In this document: positions 21,926-32,291 of the stretch, piece after piece
Numbering within the stretch: position 1 is the stretch's first letter
Layout of the letters: the number at the start of each line of letters is the position of its first letter
Assembly: GCA_047971315.1 (NCBI GenBank)
Contig: JBKDZP010000002.1
Span: 7,118-71,117, forward strand
Reading direction: 5' to 3'
DNA: 64,000 nt
From: Bacilli bacterium
GTDB taxonomy: Bacteria; Bacillota_I; Bacilli_A; RF39; UBA660
Notes under the pieces: model-generated
Seen by the model: only the letters and a program-made list of their open reading frames with translations
The model's database searches: none
What the model was told of the DNA's origin: nothing
Translations under genes and position numbers: made by a program

Positions 21926-22381
21926 ATGAAGAAGAATAAGGGTTTTACACTAATCGAATTATTAGCTGTAATTGTTATTTTAGCAGTAATTGCTTTAATT
22001 GCAACACCAATGATCTTAGGAGTTATTGATACTGCTAAAAAAGGTGCTACTGAAAGTAGTGCGCTAGGATATATTGATGCAGTTGAAAAATCGATGGTAT
22101 TAGAATTTATTGATGCGGAAACAACTGGAGCAACTTCAACACCAACAGGAATATATACAGTTGCTGATTTAGATACTGTTGATGTAAAAGGAGAATCACC
22201 AACTAGTGGTTGGATTTATATAAATTCATCAGGAGTAATAGTTGCATCTCAGTTAAAATTTGATTCTTATGCTAAAACAGTAAGATATAATGGTAAAAAA
22301 GCATATGCTGATGTAGATACATTAGATGCAGAACCGTCAGACTTATCTAATGCACAATCTTTAGTAGCAACAAGTCACTAA
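21926..22381 (+). CDS. Type IV prepilin (major-pilin size)
   Basis: KG|FTLIELLAVIVILAVIALIATP class III signal. Confidence 0.9.
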   Translation: MKKNKGFTLIELLAVIVILAVIALIATPMILGVIDTAKKGATESSALGYIDAVEKSMVLEFIDAETTGATSTPTGIYTVADLDTVDVKGESPTSGWIYINSSGVIVASQLKFDSYAKTVRYNGKKAYADVDTLDAEPSDLSNAQSLVATSH

Positions 22382-22395
22382 TTTACGATGCATAT

Positions 22396-22419
22396 AAACT
22401 GACAATTTGTCAGTTTTTT
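22396..22419 (+). terminator. Intrinsic terminator, copy 1 of a 24-bp repeat
   Basis: aaactgaca-att-tgtcagttt plus T-run; 23/24 identical to 23083-23106. Confidence 0.85.
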
Positions 22420-22588
22420 AATATTTACACTTTTTTAGACAAATATAAAAGCCTATATAAAATAAGGCCTAAAAGTTATTATACTATAAACTAATTGTTA
22501 TTTCGACAAAATATTTACTAAAATAGTTGACTAGTTAATATCTATTATGATATATTTATATCGTAATAAAAATAGAGGAGGAAATACA

Positions 22589-23059
22589 ATGAAAAAAATG
22601 AACACAAAAGGTTTTACCCTAATTGAATTATTAGCTGTAATCGTAATTTTAGCAGTAATCGCTTTAATCGCTACACCAATGATTTTAGGAGTAATTGATA
22701 CTGCTAAGAAAGGTGCTACTGAAAGTAGTGGATTAGGATACATTGATGCTGTTGAAAAAGCAACTATTTTATCATTATTCGATGACGAAGTAAGTGGTTC
22801 AACTACTTTTACATCAAATAAAGTTTATACAGTTGCTGAATTAGATACAAATGGAGTAACTGTTAAAGGTGAAGAACCAACTGCTGGATGGGTTGCAATC
22901 GATTCAACAGGTGTAGTAGTAGCTGCTCAATTAACTTTCGAATCTTATACAAAAACTGTAAGATATGATGGAAATAAAGCATATGCTGATATTACAACAA
23001 TAGCTGCTACACCAACAGATGTTACAGCTGCTCAAGCATTAGTAACAACTGCTAACTAA
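22589..23059 (+). CDS. Type IV prepilin, tandem paralog
   Basis: KG|FTLIELLAVIVILAVIALIATP; N-terminal ~45 aa near-identical to the upstream pilin; start at the ATG after GAGGAGG. Confidence 0.9.
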   Translation: MKKMNTKGFTLIELLAVIVILAVIALIATPMILGVIDTAKKGATESSGLGYIDAVEKATILSLFDDEVSGSTTFTSNKVYTVAELDTNGVTVKGEEPTAGWVAIDSTGVVVAAQLTFESYTKTVRYDGNKAYADITTIAATPTDVTAAQALVTTAN

Positions 23060-23082
23060 TTTAAATAATATTTAAATTATTA

Positions 23083-23106
23083 AAACTGACAATCTGTCAG
23101 TTTTTT
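23083..23106 (+). terminator. Intrinsic terminator, copy 2 of the 24-bp repeat
   Basis: aaactgaca-atc-tgtcagttt plus T-run. Confidence 0.85.
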
Positions 23107-23165
23107 TATTAAATAAATATTGTTTAGAAAAATCAAATATGATATAATTTATTTATAATAGGGAT

Positions 23166-24995
23166 GTGGTTAATGTGAATAGTAAACAAAAGTTTTTATT
23201 TTTATTTATAATCATTGGATTATTTTTTCCATCTTTTATGATAGTTAAAGCAGAGAATTTTAATATATCAGAATATCAAATTATAATAAGTACAAATGAA
23301 AATAGAAGCCTAGATGTTAGCGAAAGATATTTAATTTATTTTAATAGTACAACAGATAATTTTACAAGAACATTAAATTCAAAATTTAATATAATAAGAA
23401 TTGATGGAACAACAAACTATTTAAGTGGTAAAATATCAGATATAAGTACTACTAGAACTTTTTCTACTTCTAATAAAGGAAGTAAAAAAGTAATTAAAAT
23501 TATGGATACAAATGCTCTTGCAGGTTCTACAAATTCATATGATATTAATTATAAGTTTAATCTTGGAATTGATAAAAATAGAGAATTTGATGAATTTTAT
23601 TATTATTTAGTAGATGGTAGTTTTAATAATACAATATCTAGTGTTTATTTTAAAATTGATCTACCAAGTTCTTCAAATAGATGTGATATAACATTTTTAA
23701 TAGATGGACAAGAGTTGAGTAGTAATGATATATCTTATAGCTTTAATAATAATCAAATAACAGGTTTTTATAATCTTCAACTAAATTCAAATCAAACACT
23801 TGCTATTGATATAAAACTTGATGAAGGTTATTTTAAAGATGAAGTTGATACATATAATTATTTTAATTTTTTACTTCCATTTTTTCCTTTAATAACTTTG
23901 ATTATCTCATTTATTAGTTGGTTAGCATTTGGAAAAGGAATAAAAAGTAAAATTAATAAATGTGAAACTGTACCAAATGATTTTGATACAGCAGAAATTG
24001 CATTTTTATATAAGGGAAATATAACAGAACATGATGTAATTACAACTTTATGGGTTTTAGCTAATAAAGGATATTTAAAATTTTATGAGGCAAATGATGG
24101 ATATAAATTAGGAAAACCAAATTCTGTTACTCTTACTAAACTTAAAAATTATGAAGGAGATAATGCAATTCAAAAAACCTTATTTGAAACTATCTTTGAA
24201 CAAAGTGATGTTGTTGAACTTAAAAATTTAGAATATAGATGTTATGATGCCTTGAAATATTCTAAAGATATTTTAGATAATAAAGACAACAAAGATAAAA
24301 TATTTTTTTCGAAAATTAAAAAAATTCGAATAGCTATAACTATATTAATGGCTATTTCAATATTGATTTTAAACTTTAACTCAGTATATTTATTAACAGG
24401 ACAATACTTTTTAATACCAATTATTACATCAATATATTTGTTTGGAATTGTTGTACTATTTTATTTTGAAACTAAATTACCCATTAAAATTATATTTGGA
24501 ATTTGTTTTATTGGGTTAGGCTTATATACAGGAATAGCACCAATTTTAAATGAAATAACAACATTAATTATTTATATTGTTGGAACATTATTATTATATG
24601 GCTCAGTGGCTTTCTATTATTTTTTATCAGATAGAACATTATTTGGAAATAAATTTTATAGAGAAATTTTATCATTTAAAAAATATTTAGAATCAATGAA
24701 TAAAGATCAACTTATTAGTAATATTAAACTAGAAAAAACCTTTTTTTATCAAATGTATCCATATACATATATTCTAGGAATTAATGATATTTGGATAACT
24801 AAGGGTGAAAAAATAATAACAGAAGCACCAAGTTGGTACGAATCTGAAGAACAATTTAGTTTAAGTAATTTTAATAAATTTTGTAAAAGTTCAGTTTATA
24901 CAATTACTCAAGCAATGTTTAAACGGCAATTACCTGGTATGAGTTCTGAGAGAATTGAATATAAAAAAGAGAAATCTCCAATAGATTTAGATTAA
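23166..24995 (+). CDS. DUF2207-family membrane protein
   Basis: Signal peptide, extracellular beta domain, AEIAFLYKG, LANKGYL, FKKYL…YPYTYILG. Confidence 0.75.
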   Translation: MVNVNSKQKFLFLFIIIGLFFPSFMIVKAENFNISEYQIIISTNENRSLDVSERYLIYFNSTTDNFTRTLNSKFNIIRIDGTTNYLSGKISDISTTRTFSTSNKGSKKVIKIMDTNALAGSTNSYDINYKFNLGIDKNREFDEFYYYLVDGSFNNTISSVYFKIDLPSSSNRCDITFLIDGQELSSNDISYSFNNNQITGFYNLQLNSNQTLAIDIKLDEGYFKDEVDTYNYFNFLLPFFPLITLIISFISWLAFGKGIKSKINKCETVPNDFDTAEIAFLYKGNITEHDVITTLWVLANKGYLKFYEANDGYKLGKPNSVTLTKLKNYEGDNAIQKTLFETIFEQSDVVELKNLEYRCYDALKYSKDILDNKDNKDKIFFSKIKKIRIAITILMAISILILNFNSVYLLTGQYFLIPIITSIYLFGIVVLFYFETKLPIKIIFGICFIGLGLYTGIAPILNEITTLIIYIVGTLLLYGSVAFYYFLSDRTLFGNKFYREILSFKKYLESMNKDQLISNIKLEKTFFYQMYPYTYILGINDIWITKGEKIITEAPSWYESEEQFSLSNFNKFCKSSVYTITQAMFKRQLPGMSSERIEYKKEKSPIDLD

Positions 24996-25080
24996 ATAAT
25001 ATAATATATATTATTTTTTCTTTTTTTATACAAAAATTTATGATAAACTAAGTATATAGTTAAAGTGTTAGGAGGAATTT

Positions 25081-26367
25081 ATGACAAAAGAAAATATTTT
25101 ACCTGCTGATACTTTTATCGTATTAAATAAAACAATATTATCAGAACAAGATAGAAAATTACTAATTATGTTATATCAACCCATTATTGGACAACTTGGT
25201 ATTAGTATGTATTTTACATTGTGGAGTTATTTAGATAAAATAGAACTACAATCTAATGAATGTACACATCATCATTTAATGACAAATATGAGAATCAAAT
25301 TAAACGAAATATTAGAATCACGTATTAAATTAGAAGCAATCGGATTATTAAAAACTTATATAAAAAAAGGAAATATTAATAGTTATATATATGAAATATT
25401 TTCTCCAGTAAGTGCTGCTGAATTTATGTCTAATCCTATTTTAAATGTTGCTTTATATAATAATGTAGGAACCAGTGAATTTCAAAAAATAGTAAATTAT
25501 TTTAAATTACCTAAAATAAATACAAAAGATTTTGAGGAAATTACTAGTAGTTTTTCAGATGTTTTTGAATCATCAAATATCAGTAATTTTGAAACGCTTT
25601 CTAGTGAACTAAGAAAAAAAACAAATAATAAATTAGAACTTTTATCTAAAATAGATTTAGAACATGTTTTTACTTTAATTCCAACAGAAATATTTGATAT
25701 TAAAAATTTAACAAAAGAAACAAAGGATCTAATATATAAATTAGCATTTATTTATAATTTAGATGAAGATAGAATCAGTGAAATAATTAGAAATTCATTA
25801 AATGATAAAAGATTAATTGATAAAAAATTATTAAGGAGTAATTTTCGAAATTATTATCAATTTGAAAATAGTGGGAAATTACCAAGTTTAATTTATAGAA
25901 ATCAACCAATTTATTTAAGAAAACCAATAGGAGATAATTCTAATAAAGCTAAAATAATATATCAATTTGAAACAACGACACCATATGATTTTTTAAGTAG
26001 TAAATATAATGGAATTAAACCATCAAAATCAGATTTACTGTTACTAGAAAACTTAATGTTAGAAATGAATTTAAAACCAGGTGTTGTAAATGTACTAATA
26101 GATTATGTACTTAAAATAAATAGTAATAAATTAGTTAAAAACTTTATTGAAACAATAGCTAGACAGTGGTCAATTAGTAAGGTTGAAACAGTAGAAAATG
26201 CTATGAAACTAGCTGAAAAAGAATATAAAAGTAGAAAAAATTATCAAGAAAAAAAGATAATAAAAACACCAACTAAACCAGATAGGTTTGATAAAGATAT
26301 AAGTAAAATAGAAGCAAGTAATGAAAAAATGGAAGAAATGAAAGAATTATTTAAAGAATACAAGTAG
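25081..26367 (+). CDS. dnaB: Replication initiation / helicase loader DnaB (Bacillota type)
   Basis: LYQPIIG, KLEAIGLLKTY, GVVNVLIDYVL; adjacent to dnaI. Confidence 0.9.
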   Translation: MTKENILPADTFIVLNKTILSEQDRKLLIMLYQPIIGQLGISMYFTLWSYLDKIELQSNECTHHHLMTNMRIKLNEILESRIKLEAIGLLKTYIKKGNINSYIYEIFSPVSAAEFMSNPILNVALYNNVGTSEFQKIVNYFKLPKINTKDFEEITSSFSDVFESSNISNFETLSSELRKKTNNKLELLSKIDLEHVFTLIPTEIFDIKNLTKETKDLIYKLAFIYNLDEDRISEIIRNSLNDKRLIDKKLLRSNFRNYYQFENSGKLPSLIYRNQPIYLRKPIGDNSNKAKIIYQFETTTPYDFLSSKYNGIKPSKSDLLLLENLMLEMNLKPGVVNVLIDYVLKINSNKLVKNFIETIARQWSISKVETVENAMKLAEKEYKSRKNYQEKKIIKTPTKPDRFDKDISKIEASNEKMEEMKELFKEYK

Positions 26368-26374
26368 GTGAATT

Positions 26375-27301
26375 ATGAAAAATATAAATGAACAATACAG
26401 TAGTTTTAAAACAACTAATTTAGAAAAAGTATTAATGAAGTCATTTCTTGATTCATTAAAAGATGAAGACTTTAAAAACTTTATTGATAAACTAGGATTA
26501 TCTTATGAAGTTTTATCAAAATATACATCTTCATTAGAAACAAGTACTAAAGAATATAAAAATTGTTGTAAATGTAAAGGCTTGGTTGAATGTAAAAATA
26601 ATATGATTGGATATGCTTATTTGCCAAAAGTAAATAGTTCTAATATAATATTTCAATATAAAGCATGTAAATACCAAAATAAATATTTAAAAGAATTAGA
26701 TTATTTAAAAAATATTTATAATTTTAATATTCCAAATTCAATTAAAGAAGCTAAAATGAAAGATATATATATGGATGATGAAAATAGATATCAAGTACTT
26801 AAATATTTGAATCATTTTATAAGAAATTATGGAATAGAAAAAAATATTAAAGGAATATATTTATATGGAAGTTTTGGTTGTGGAAAAACATATTTAGTTT
26901 CATCATTATTTCATGAATTAGCAAAAAAAAATATTAAAAGTGCTATTGTATTCTGGCCAGACTTCTTAAGTGAGCTTAAAAGTTCATTTGGAGGAGATAA
27001 AAATGAATTTAAAATTAAATTTGAAAAAATAAAAAAAGTTCCTTTGTTATTAATAGATGATTTAGGAGCTGAAAATACAACTGCATTTGGAAGAGATGAA
27101 GTGTTATGTCCAATTTTACAATATAGAATGCAAGAAGCACTTCCAACATTTTTTACTTCCAATTTAGATTTTAAAATGTTGGAACAACATTTTAGTGTTA
27201 CAAAAGATGGTGTTGATAATATTAAAGCAAGAAGAATAATTGAGAGAATAAATCAATTAACTGAAAAAATAGATCTAATTAGTGAAAATTTGAGAAAATA
27301 G
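26375..27301 (+). CDS. dnaI: Primosomal protein DnaI
   Basis: GIYLYGSFGCGKT, LLIDDLGAE, ILQYRM…LPTFFTSN. Confidence 0.93.
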   Translation: MKNINEQYSSFKTTNLEKVLMKSFLDSLKDEDFKNFIDKLGLSYEVLSKYTSSLETSTKEYKNCCKCKGLVECKNNMIGYAYLPKVNSSNIIFQYKACKYQNKYLKELDYLKNIYNFNIPNSIKEAKMKDIYMDDENRYQVLKYLNHFIRNYGIEKNIKGIYLYGSFGCGKTYLVSSLFHELAKKNIKSAIVFWPDFLSELKSSFGGDKNEFKIKFEKIKKVPLLLIDDLGAENTTAFGRDEVLCPILQYRMQEALPTFFTSNLDFKMLEQHFSVTKDGVDNIKARRIIERINQLTEKIDLISENLRK

Positions 27302-27319
27302 AAATTTCATGGGGGAAAT

Positions 27320-28860
27320 ATGAAAAATAAACAAGTTTTACCAAAATATTTAGATGAAAATATAATTAAAATAAATCTACCAGATGTGTATGAAGATTAT
27401 ATGTATATAGTTAATTATTTTAAAAATTTAGAGGAATCATTTATACATGATAAAACATGTAATCATTTACTAAATACATTAGATAAAGATTTTGATGAAC
27501 TAATCAAATATTATTAAATTTGAAAGAAAAAATAATAAAACAAAAAAAAGAAAAACAAAATATAAATATTTTAAATAAAATGTTAAATAACATTGATAAA
27601 TATATAAATATAAACACTAAACGACTTAATAATTATAAAAGAATTGAAAAGCGTAAAATAAATACAGAATTTTGTTCTGAGTATGGAGATAAAGTTGAAA
27701 AACAAGAATCTGATGTACTCAATTATAAAGATAAAGAATTAGTTTATTTACTACGTGAGCTTATATTTAATAAAAAAGATATTACTGAGGTTAAAGCAGT
27801 TTTATCTAAATATACAAGATGTTATACACTAATTTTAGAAAAAAATTACAGTTTATTTGATAATATTGTTGATCAATATATTAATATACTATTAAATCAA
27901 AATAATAATTTGAATTTTGATTTAAATTATTTTGAAAACATTATATTAGAGATTGTAAGTTATTCTAAACAAAATAATATTTATGAAATTCAAAATTCTT
28001 TAAATAAAAAAATAAATAAATTTTTGTTACTAATAGAAAGTAACAATTTAACTTATACTAAAAAAAATAATATAATTGAACAACTATTAAAATTAAAAGA
28101 ATTAGTAGAATTGCCTAAAAAAAATAATGATTTTATATTTTCTATAGAAGATGAAGAAAAAAAATATAAAGAAACTGCTTTGTCAATTAAAAAAGTTGGG
28201 GATGAAATATTTATGACTTTCTATGTCCCAAATTTAGTTAAATTGGGAGTTGAAAATAATATAGATAAATCATCAAATTTATATTTAATAAATCCATCTA
28301 CTTATAATTTTAAAAAAGAATTTCTTAAATTTTTTAGTTTAGAACAAGGTAGACCTAAAAATGTAATAGAGTATCATATGGTATTTAATAACAAAAATGA
28401 AGTAAAACACTTCTATATAACTGAAAATACAGTATCCTTAAATTGTAATTTTAATTTTAAACAAGTAGATAATATATTTATTAATGAAACTTCTCGTAAA
28501 GGATTTGATTCATTAAATATTTGGAAATATTTTATAAAAAATAACTTTTTAAATAAAGAACAAGGAAAAATTACTAAAACAAATGAATTGGTAGAAGAAA
28601 GTATTAAAATATGTGAAAAAGAATTATATAAATATTGTACAAGATATGATATACCAGTAATTTATAATTCATATAATTCTGATTCAAGAATTGAATTTTC
28701 AAATCTATTTAAAAATTACATCGCATATATAAATCAATTATCTATAATTGATTCTAAATATAATGAAATTTATAAACTAAATCAACAAATAGGCGGAAAC
28801 TATAAAATAAATTTAGAAACAAAAAAAATAAAACAAAAATTTATTGACAAAACAAAATAA
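27320..28860 (+). pseudogene. Degenerate RNB (RNase II/R)-like protein, probably one gene frameshifted near 27500 (ORFs 27320-27517 and 27520-28860)
   Basis: Adding one base gives ELNQILLNLK, similar to YLNQIICKIK in the paralog at 36980; FIFSIEDEEKKYKETALSIKK aligns with the RNB catalytic strand. Confidence 0.5.
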
Positions 28861-28871
28861 AGTGATAAAAT
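28844..28871 (+). promoter_or_regulatory. sigma-A promoter of the thrS leader
   Basis: TTGACA-16 bp-TAAAAT with a TG extension. Confidence 0.7.
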
Positions 28872-28879
28872 TATATTAA

Positions 28880-29090
28880 TAATTGTGATTAGGACAAGAT
28901 ATTTATAAAATTATTTTAAAGCGAATTAGGGATGATGTGAGCCTAATAAATAAATATAACTATTACTACCTATGAATTGTACTCGAAAGAGTTACCGGGT
29001 AATACCGTTATCTAAATTAAGCTAAATAAAGGATGGTACCGCGAAAATTCGCTCCTTAAACCATTCTTTTTTTAATATAAAGGAGGACCA
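28880..29090 (+). ncRNA. T-box riboswitch, Thr specifier
   Basis: Stem I agcga-attagg…cctaat; specifier ACT at 28965-28967; AAGGATGGTACCGCG at 29029; antiterminator pairs with TCGCTCCTT. Confidence 0.88.
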
Positions 29091-29093
29091 AAA

Positions 29094-29645
29094 ATGTCAA
29101 AAACTGTTATAAGTAAATCAAATATAATTGAAATAAATGAATTTATGGAAAAATACGTTGGAGTTAAGTATGAAGGTAGTGATAAATTAACCCATGGATT
29201 AATGTTCTATTTTTTAACTTCAAAAGGATATATTTGTCCTGCTAAAGGTATATTTAAAAATATAAAAAAAGATGAATATTTAACCTATAAATATTTAATT
29301 GTAATAGATGAAAATAATCAAAAAATACCGTATTTAAATCCTAAATATCATGAAAACATCAACTTTAATGATATTCTTAAAAATAATAATATAAATCAAT
29401 TAAGAGAAATTAGAACAAAAACACTTGAACAAATGGGTTATAAATATGACAAATTTGGAGATAGTGTAATAGAAAATGACTGTGTAAATATAAGTCTATT
29501 TTGTGAACAAGAAAATGAAATAGAAAATGATGACCAAATAGAATCAAATCTAGAAAATGAACATACATTTATAAATAGAGTAAACAGAATGAATAAATTA
29601 AAAGTATATGGTACTAGAGCCAGTCACCGAAAATATAAAATATAA
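29094..29645 (+). CDS. Hypothetical protein between the T-box and thrS
   Basis: 183-aa ORF with AAGGAGG RBS. Confidence 0.65.
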   Translation: MSKTVISKSNIIEINEFMEKYVGVKYEGSDKLTHGLMFYFLTSKGYICPAKGIFKNIKKDEYLTYKYLIVIDENNQKIPYLNPKYHENINFNDILKNNNINQLREIRTKTLEQMGYKYDKFGDSVIENDCVNISLFCEQENEIENDDQIESNLENEHTFINRVNRMNKLKVYGTRASHRKYKI

Positions 29646-29657
29646 AAAGGAGAAAAT

Positions 29658-31391
29658 ATGATAAATATAAAAGAAAATGAAAAATTAAATGTAATAAATC
29701 ATAGCTGTGCACATTTACTAGCACATGCAGTAAAAAAATTATACCCAAACGCTTTATTTTGGGTAGGACCAGTAATTGAAGAAGGATTTTATTATGATAT
29801 TGATTTAAAAGACCAATCAATATCTGAAGAAGACCTAGAAAAAATAACAAAAGAAATGAAAAAAATAGTAAAAGACAATAAATTAATAAAAAGATTAGAA
29901 CTTACAAAACAAGAAGCATTAGAAATGTTTAAAGATGATTTATATAAAATTGAATTAATTGAAAATTTAGAAGATGGTACATTAATTACAGCTTACAGAC
30001 AAGATGAATTTGTTGATTTATGTAGAGGACCACATGTTGAAAGTACAAAAGTTTTAAAAAATTTTAAATTATTAAAAACTAGTGGAGCATATTATAAAGG
30101 GGATTCTAAAAATAAAATGCTTCAAAGAATATATGGTGTTTGTTTTGAAACAGAAGAAGATTTAAATGAACATTTAGAATTATTGGAAGAAGCAAAAAAA
30201 AGAGATCATAAAAAATTAGGTAAAGAATTAGATTTATTTATGATAAGTGAATTTGGTCCTGGGTTTCCTTTCTTTTTACCAAAAGGAATGATAATTAGAA
30301 ATGAACTTGAAAATTTTTGGTATAAAGAACATACAAAAGAAAACTATAAGTTCATTAAAACACCAATTATGTTAAATAAAGAATTATGGGAAGTATCAGG
30401 GCATTGGTATAATTATCGTGAAAATATGTATACATCAGAAATTGATGATAAAGAATTTGCTATAAAACCAATGAATTGTCCTGGTGGAATGTTAGTATAT
30501 AAAAATGGTTTTCATTCTTATAAAGACTTACCTTTAAAGATTGGAGAACTAGGACTTGTTCATCGTCATGAAGCAAGTGGAGCATTAAATGGATTATTTA
30601 GGGTTAGAACATTTACTCAAGATGATGCTCACATATTTATGCTAGAAGAACAAATTGAACAAGAAATTGTAAGCTTATTAGGATTTATTGATAGAATGTA
30701 TTCAGTATTTGGATTGTCTTATGAGATAGAATTATCTACAAGACCTTTAGATAAATTTATAGGAGAGATAAGTGTTTGGGATAAGGCAGAAAAAGCTTTA
30801 GCAGATGCTTGTACAAAAGCTTCTAAAAGTTATAAAATTAATCCAGGTGATGGAGCTTTCTATGGACCAAAATTAGATTTAAAAATTAAAGATTCACTTG
30901 GAAGAGTATGGCAATGTGGTACTATTCAATTAGATATGAATTTACCAGAGAGATTTGATTTAACATATATAGATAAAGATGGCTCTAAAAAACGTCCAAT
31001 AATGTTACATAGAGTTATATATGGGTCAATTGAAAGATTTATTGGAATATTAATTGAACACTATGCTGGAGCATTTCCAACTTGGTTAGCTCCTGTACAA
31101 GTAAATATAATTCCTGTAAATAATGAATATCATCTAAACTATTCTAAAGAAATATATAATAAATTATTTGATATGGGAATTAGAGTAGAAATAGACTCAA
31201 GAGAAGAAAAATTAGGTTATAAAATGCGTGAAAGTCAAACAAATAAAATACCTTTTACGTTAATTTTAGGTGATAATGAAAAAGATAATAGTACTTTAAG
31301 TTACCGTAAATATGGAACAACTGATACTAATACTTTAAGTATTGACGAATTTTTTAAAATGTTAAATTATGTAATAAAAAATAAAGAATAG
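29658..31391 (+). CDS. thrS: Threonyl-tRNA synthetase
   Basis: HSCAHLLA, DLCRGPH, KPMNCPG, FTQDDAH, GAFYGPK, WQCGTIQLD. Confidence 0.98.
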   Translation: MINIKENEKLNVINHSCAHLLAHAVKKLYPNALFWVGPVIEEGFYYDIDLKDQSISEEDLEKITKEMKKIVKDNKLIKRLELTKQEALEMFKDDLYKIELIENLEDGTLITAYRQDEFVDLCRGPHVESTKVLKNFKLLKTSGAYYKGDSKNKMLQRIYGVCFETEEDLNEHLELLEEAKKRDHKKLGKELDLFMISEFGPGFPFFLPKGMIIRNELENFWYKEHTKENYKFIKTPIMLNKELWEVSGHWYNYRENMYTSEIDDKEFAIKPMNCPGGMLVYKNGFHSYKDLPLKIGELGLVHRHEASGALNGLFRVRTFTQDDAHIFMLEEQIEQEIVSLLGFIDRMYSVFGLSYEIELSTRPLDKFIGEISVWDKAEKALADACTKASKSYKINPGDGAFYGPKLDLKIKDSLGRVWQCGTIQLDMNLPERFDLTYIDKDGSKKRPIMLHRVIYGSIERFIGILIEHYAGAFPTWLAPVQVNIIPVNNEYHLNYSKEIYNKLFDMGIRVEIDSREEKLGYKMRESQTNKIPFTLILGDNEKDNSTLSYRKYGTTDTNTLSIDEFFKMLNYVIKNKE

Positions 31392-31448
31392 AATCATAAA
31401 CTATTCTTTTTTTCATATATTTTATTAAGATTGTACTGGGAGGAATAT

Positions 31449-31955
31449 ATGATAAATAAAAAGAACCTTTGGTTTTTAACTTTATTTAGTTTAATTTTAG
31501 TTTTAAGTGTGTATTATATAACAATGCCATCAGAATTATTATTAACTAATGGAATTAGTTATCAAGAGACAAGTGATGAAAGTACCGATGAGGTAGTAGT
31601 AAATGTTGAAGAAAGCGAAATTTTAACAGCACTTAGAGTAGATGCGGATGAAGAGTTATTTAATGAATTAGAGGCACTTAATTTAATTTTAACAGGAAGT
31701 GAAGCAAGTATTGATGATAAAAATAATGCTTTTGAAAAAATGAAATCTCTTAATATTAATAAAGGTTTAGAAACTAAGATTGAAAATTTAATTAAGACTG
31801 AATTAGATTTAAATACATTTGTAAAAATAAATGGTGATCAAGTTAAAGTTGTTGTTGATAATGAAGAAGAAAGTACTGAAATGGCAAATAAAATTATGCG
31901 TATTGTTCAAGGTAATTTTGATAGTAAAATGTATATAACAGTTCAATTTAAATAA
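31449..31955 (+). CDS. spoIIIAH: Stage III sporulation protein AH-like
   Basis: KKNLWFLTLFSLILVLSVYYI N-terminus; sigma-E-like TCATAAA…CATATATT upstream. Confidence 0.85.
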   Translation: MINKKNLWFLTLFSLILVLSVYYITMPSELLLTNGISYQETSDESTDEVVVNVEESEILTALRVDADEELFNELEALNLILTGSEASIDDKNNAFEKMKSLNINKGLETKIENLIKTELDLNTFVKINGDQVKVVVDNEEESTEMANKIMRIVQGNFDSKMYITVQFK

Positions 31956-32032
31956 AATAGGTATTTTAATTCACTAAAATTTCCTTACTACATAAAATAA
32001 TATGAGTAAGTATAAACCACCCGACTTAGGAA

Positions 32033-32251
32033 GTGAGGAACAAGGTGAATAAAAGCATACTAACAAAAAGAGAAAAAGAAGTTTTTAAATTGCTTATTTT
32101 AAATATGACCACTTCTGAGATTGCTTCAAAATTAAATATAAGTGAAAAAACAGTAAGAAATCATATTTCAAATGTAATGCAAAAATTAGGAGTAAAAGGT
32201 CGTGCTGGAGCAGTTGTGGAACTTTTAAAATTAGGAGAAATTTCATTATAA
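32033..32251 (+). CDS. gerE: Spore germination regulator GerE (LuxR-type HTH)
   Basis: LTKREKEVF…ISEKTVRNHISNVMQKLGVKGR…AVVELL; sigma-K-like CAC-16-CATAAAAT. Confidence 0.92.
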   Translation: MRNKVNKSILTKREKEVFKLLILNMTTSEIASKLNISEKTVRNHISNVMQKLGVKGRAGAVVELLKLGEISL

Positions 32252-32291
32252 AACGCATTATTTTGCGTTTTTTTCATATTCTTAAGTAGAG

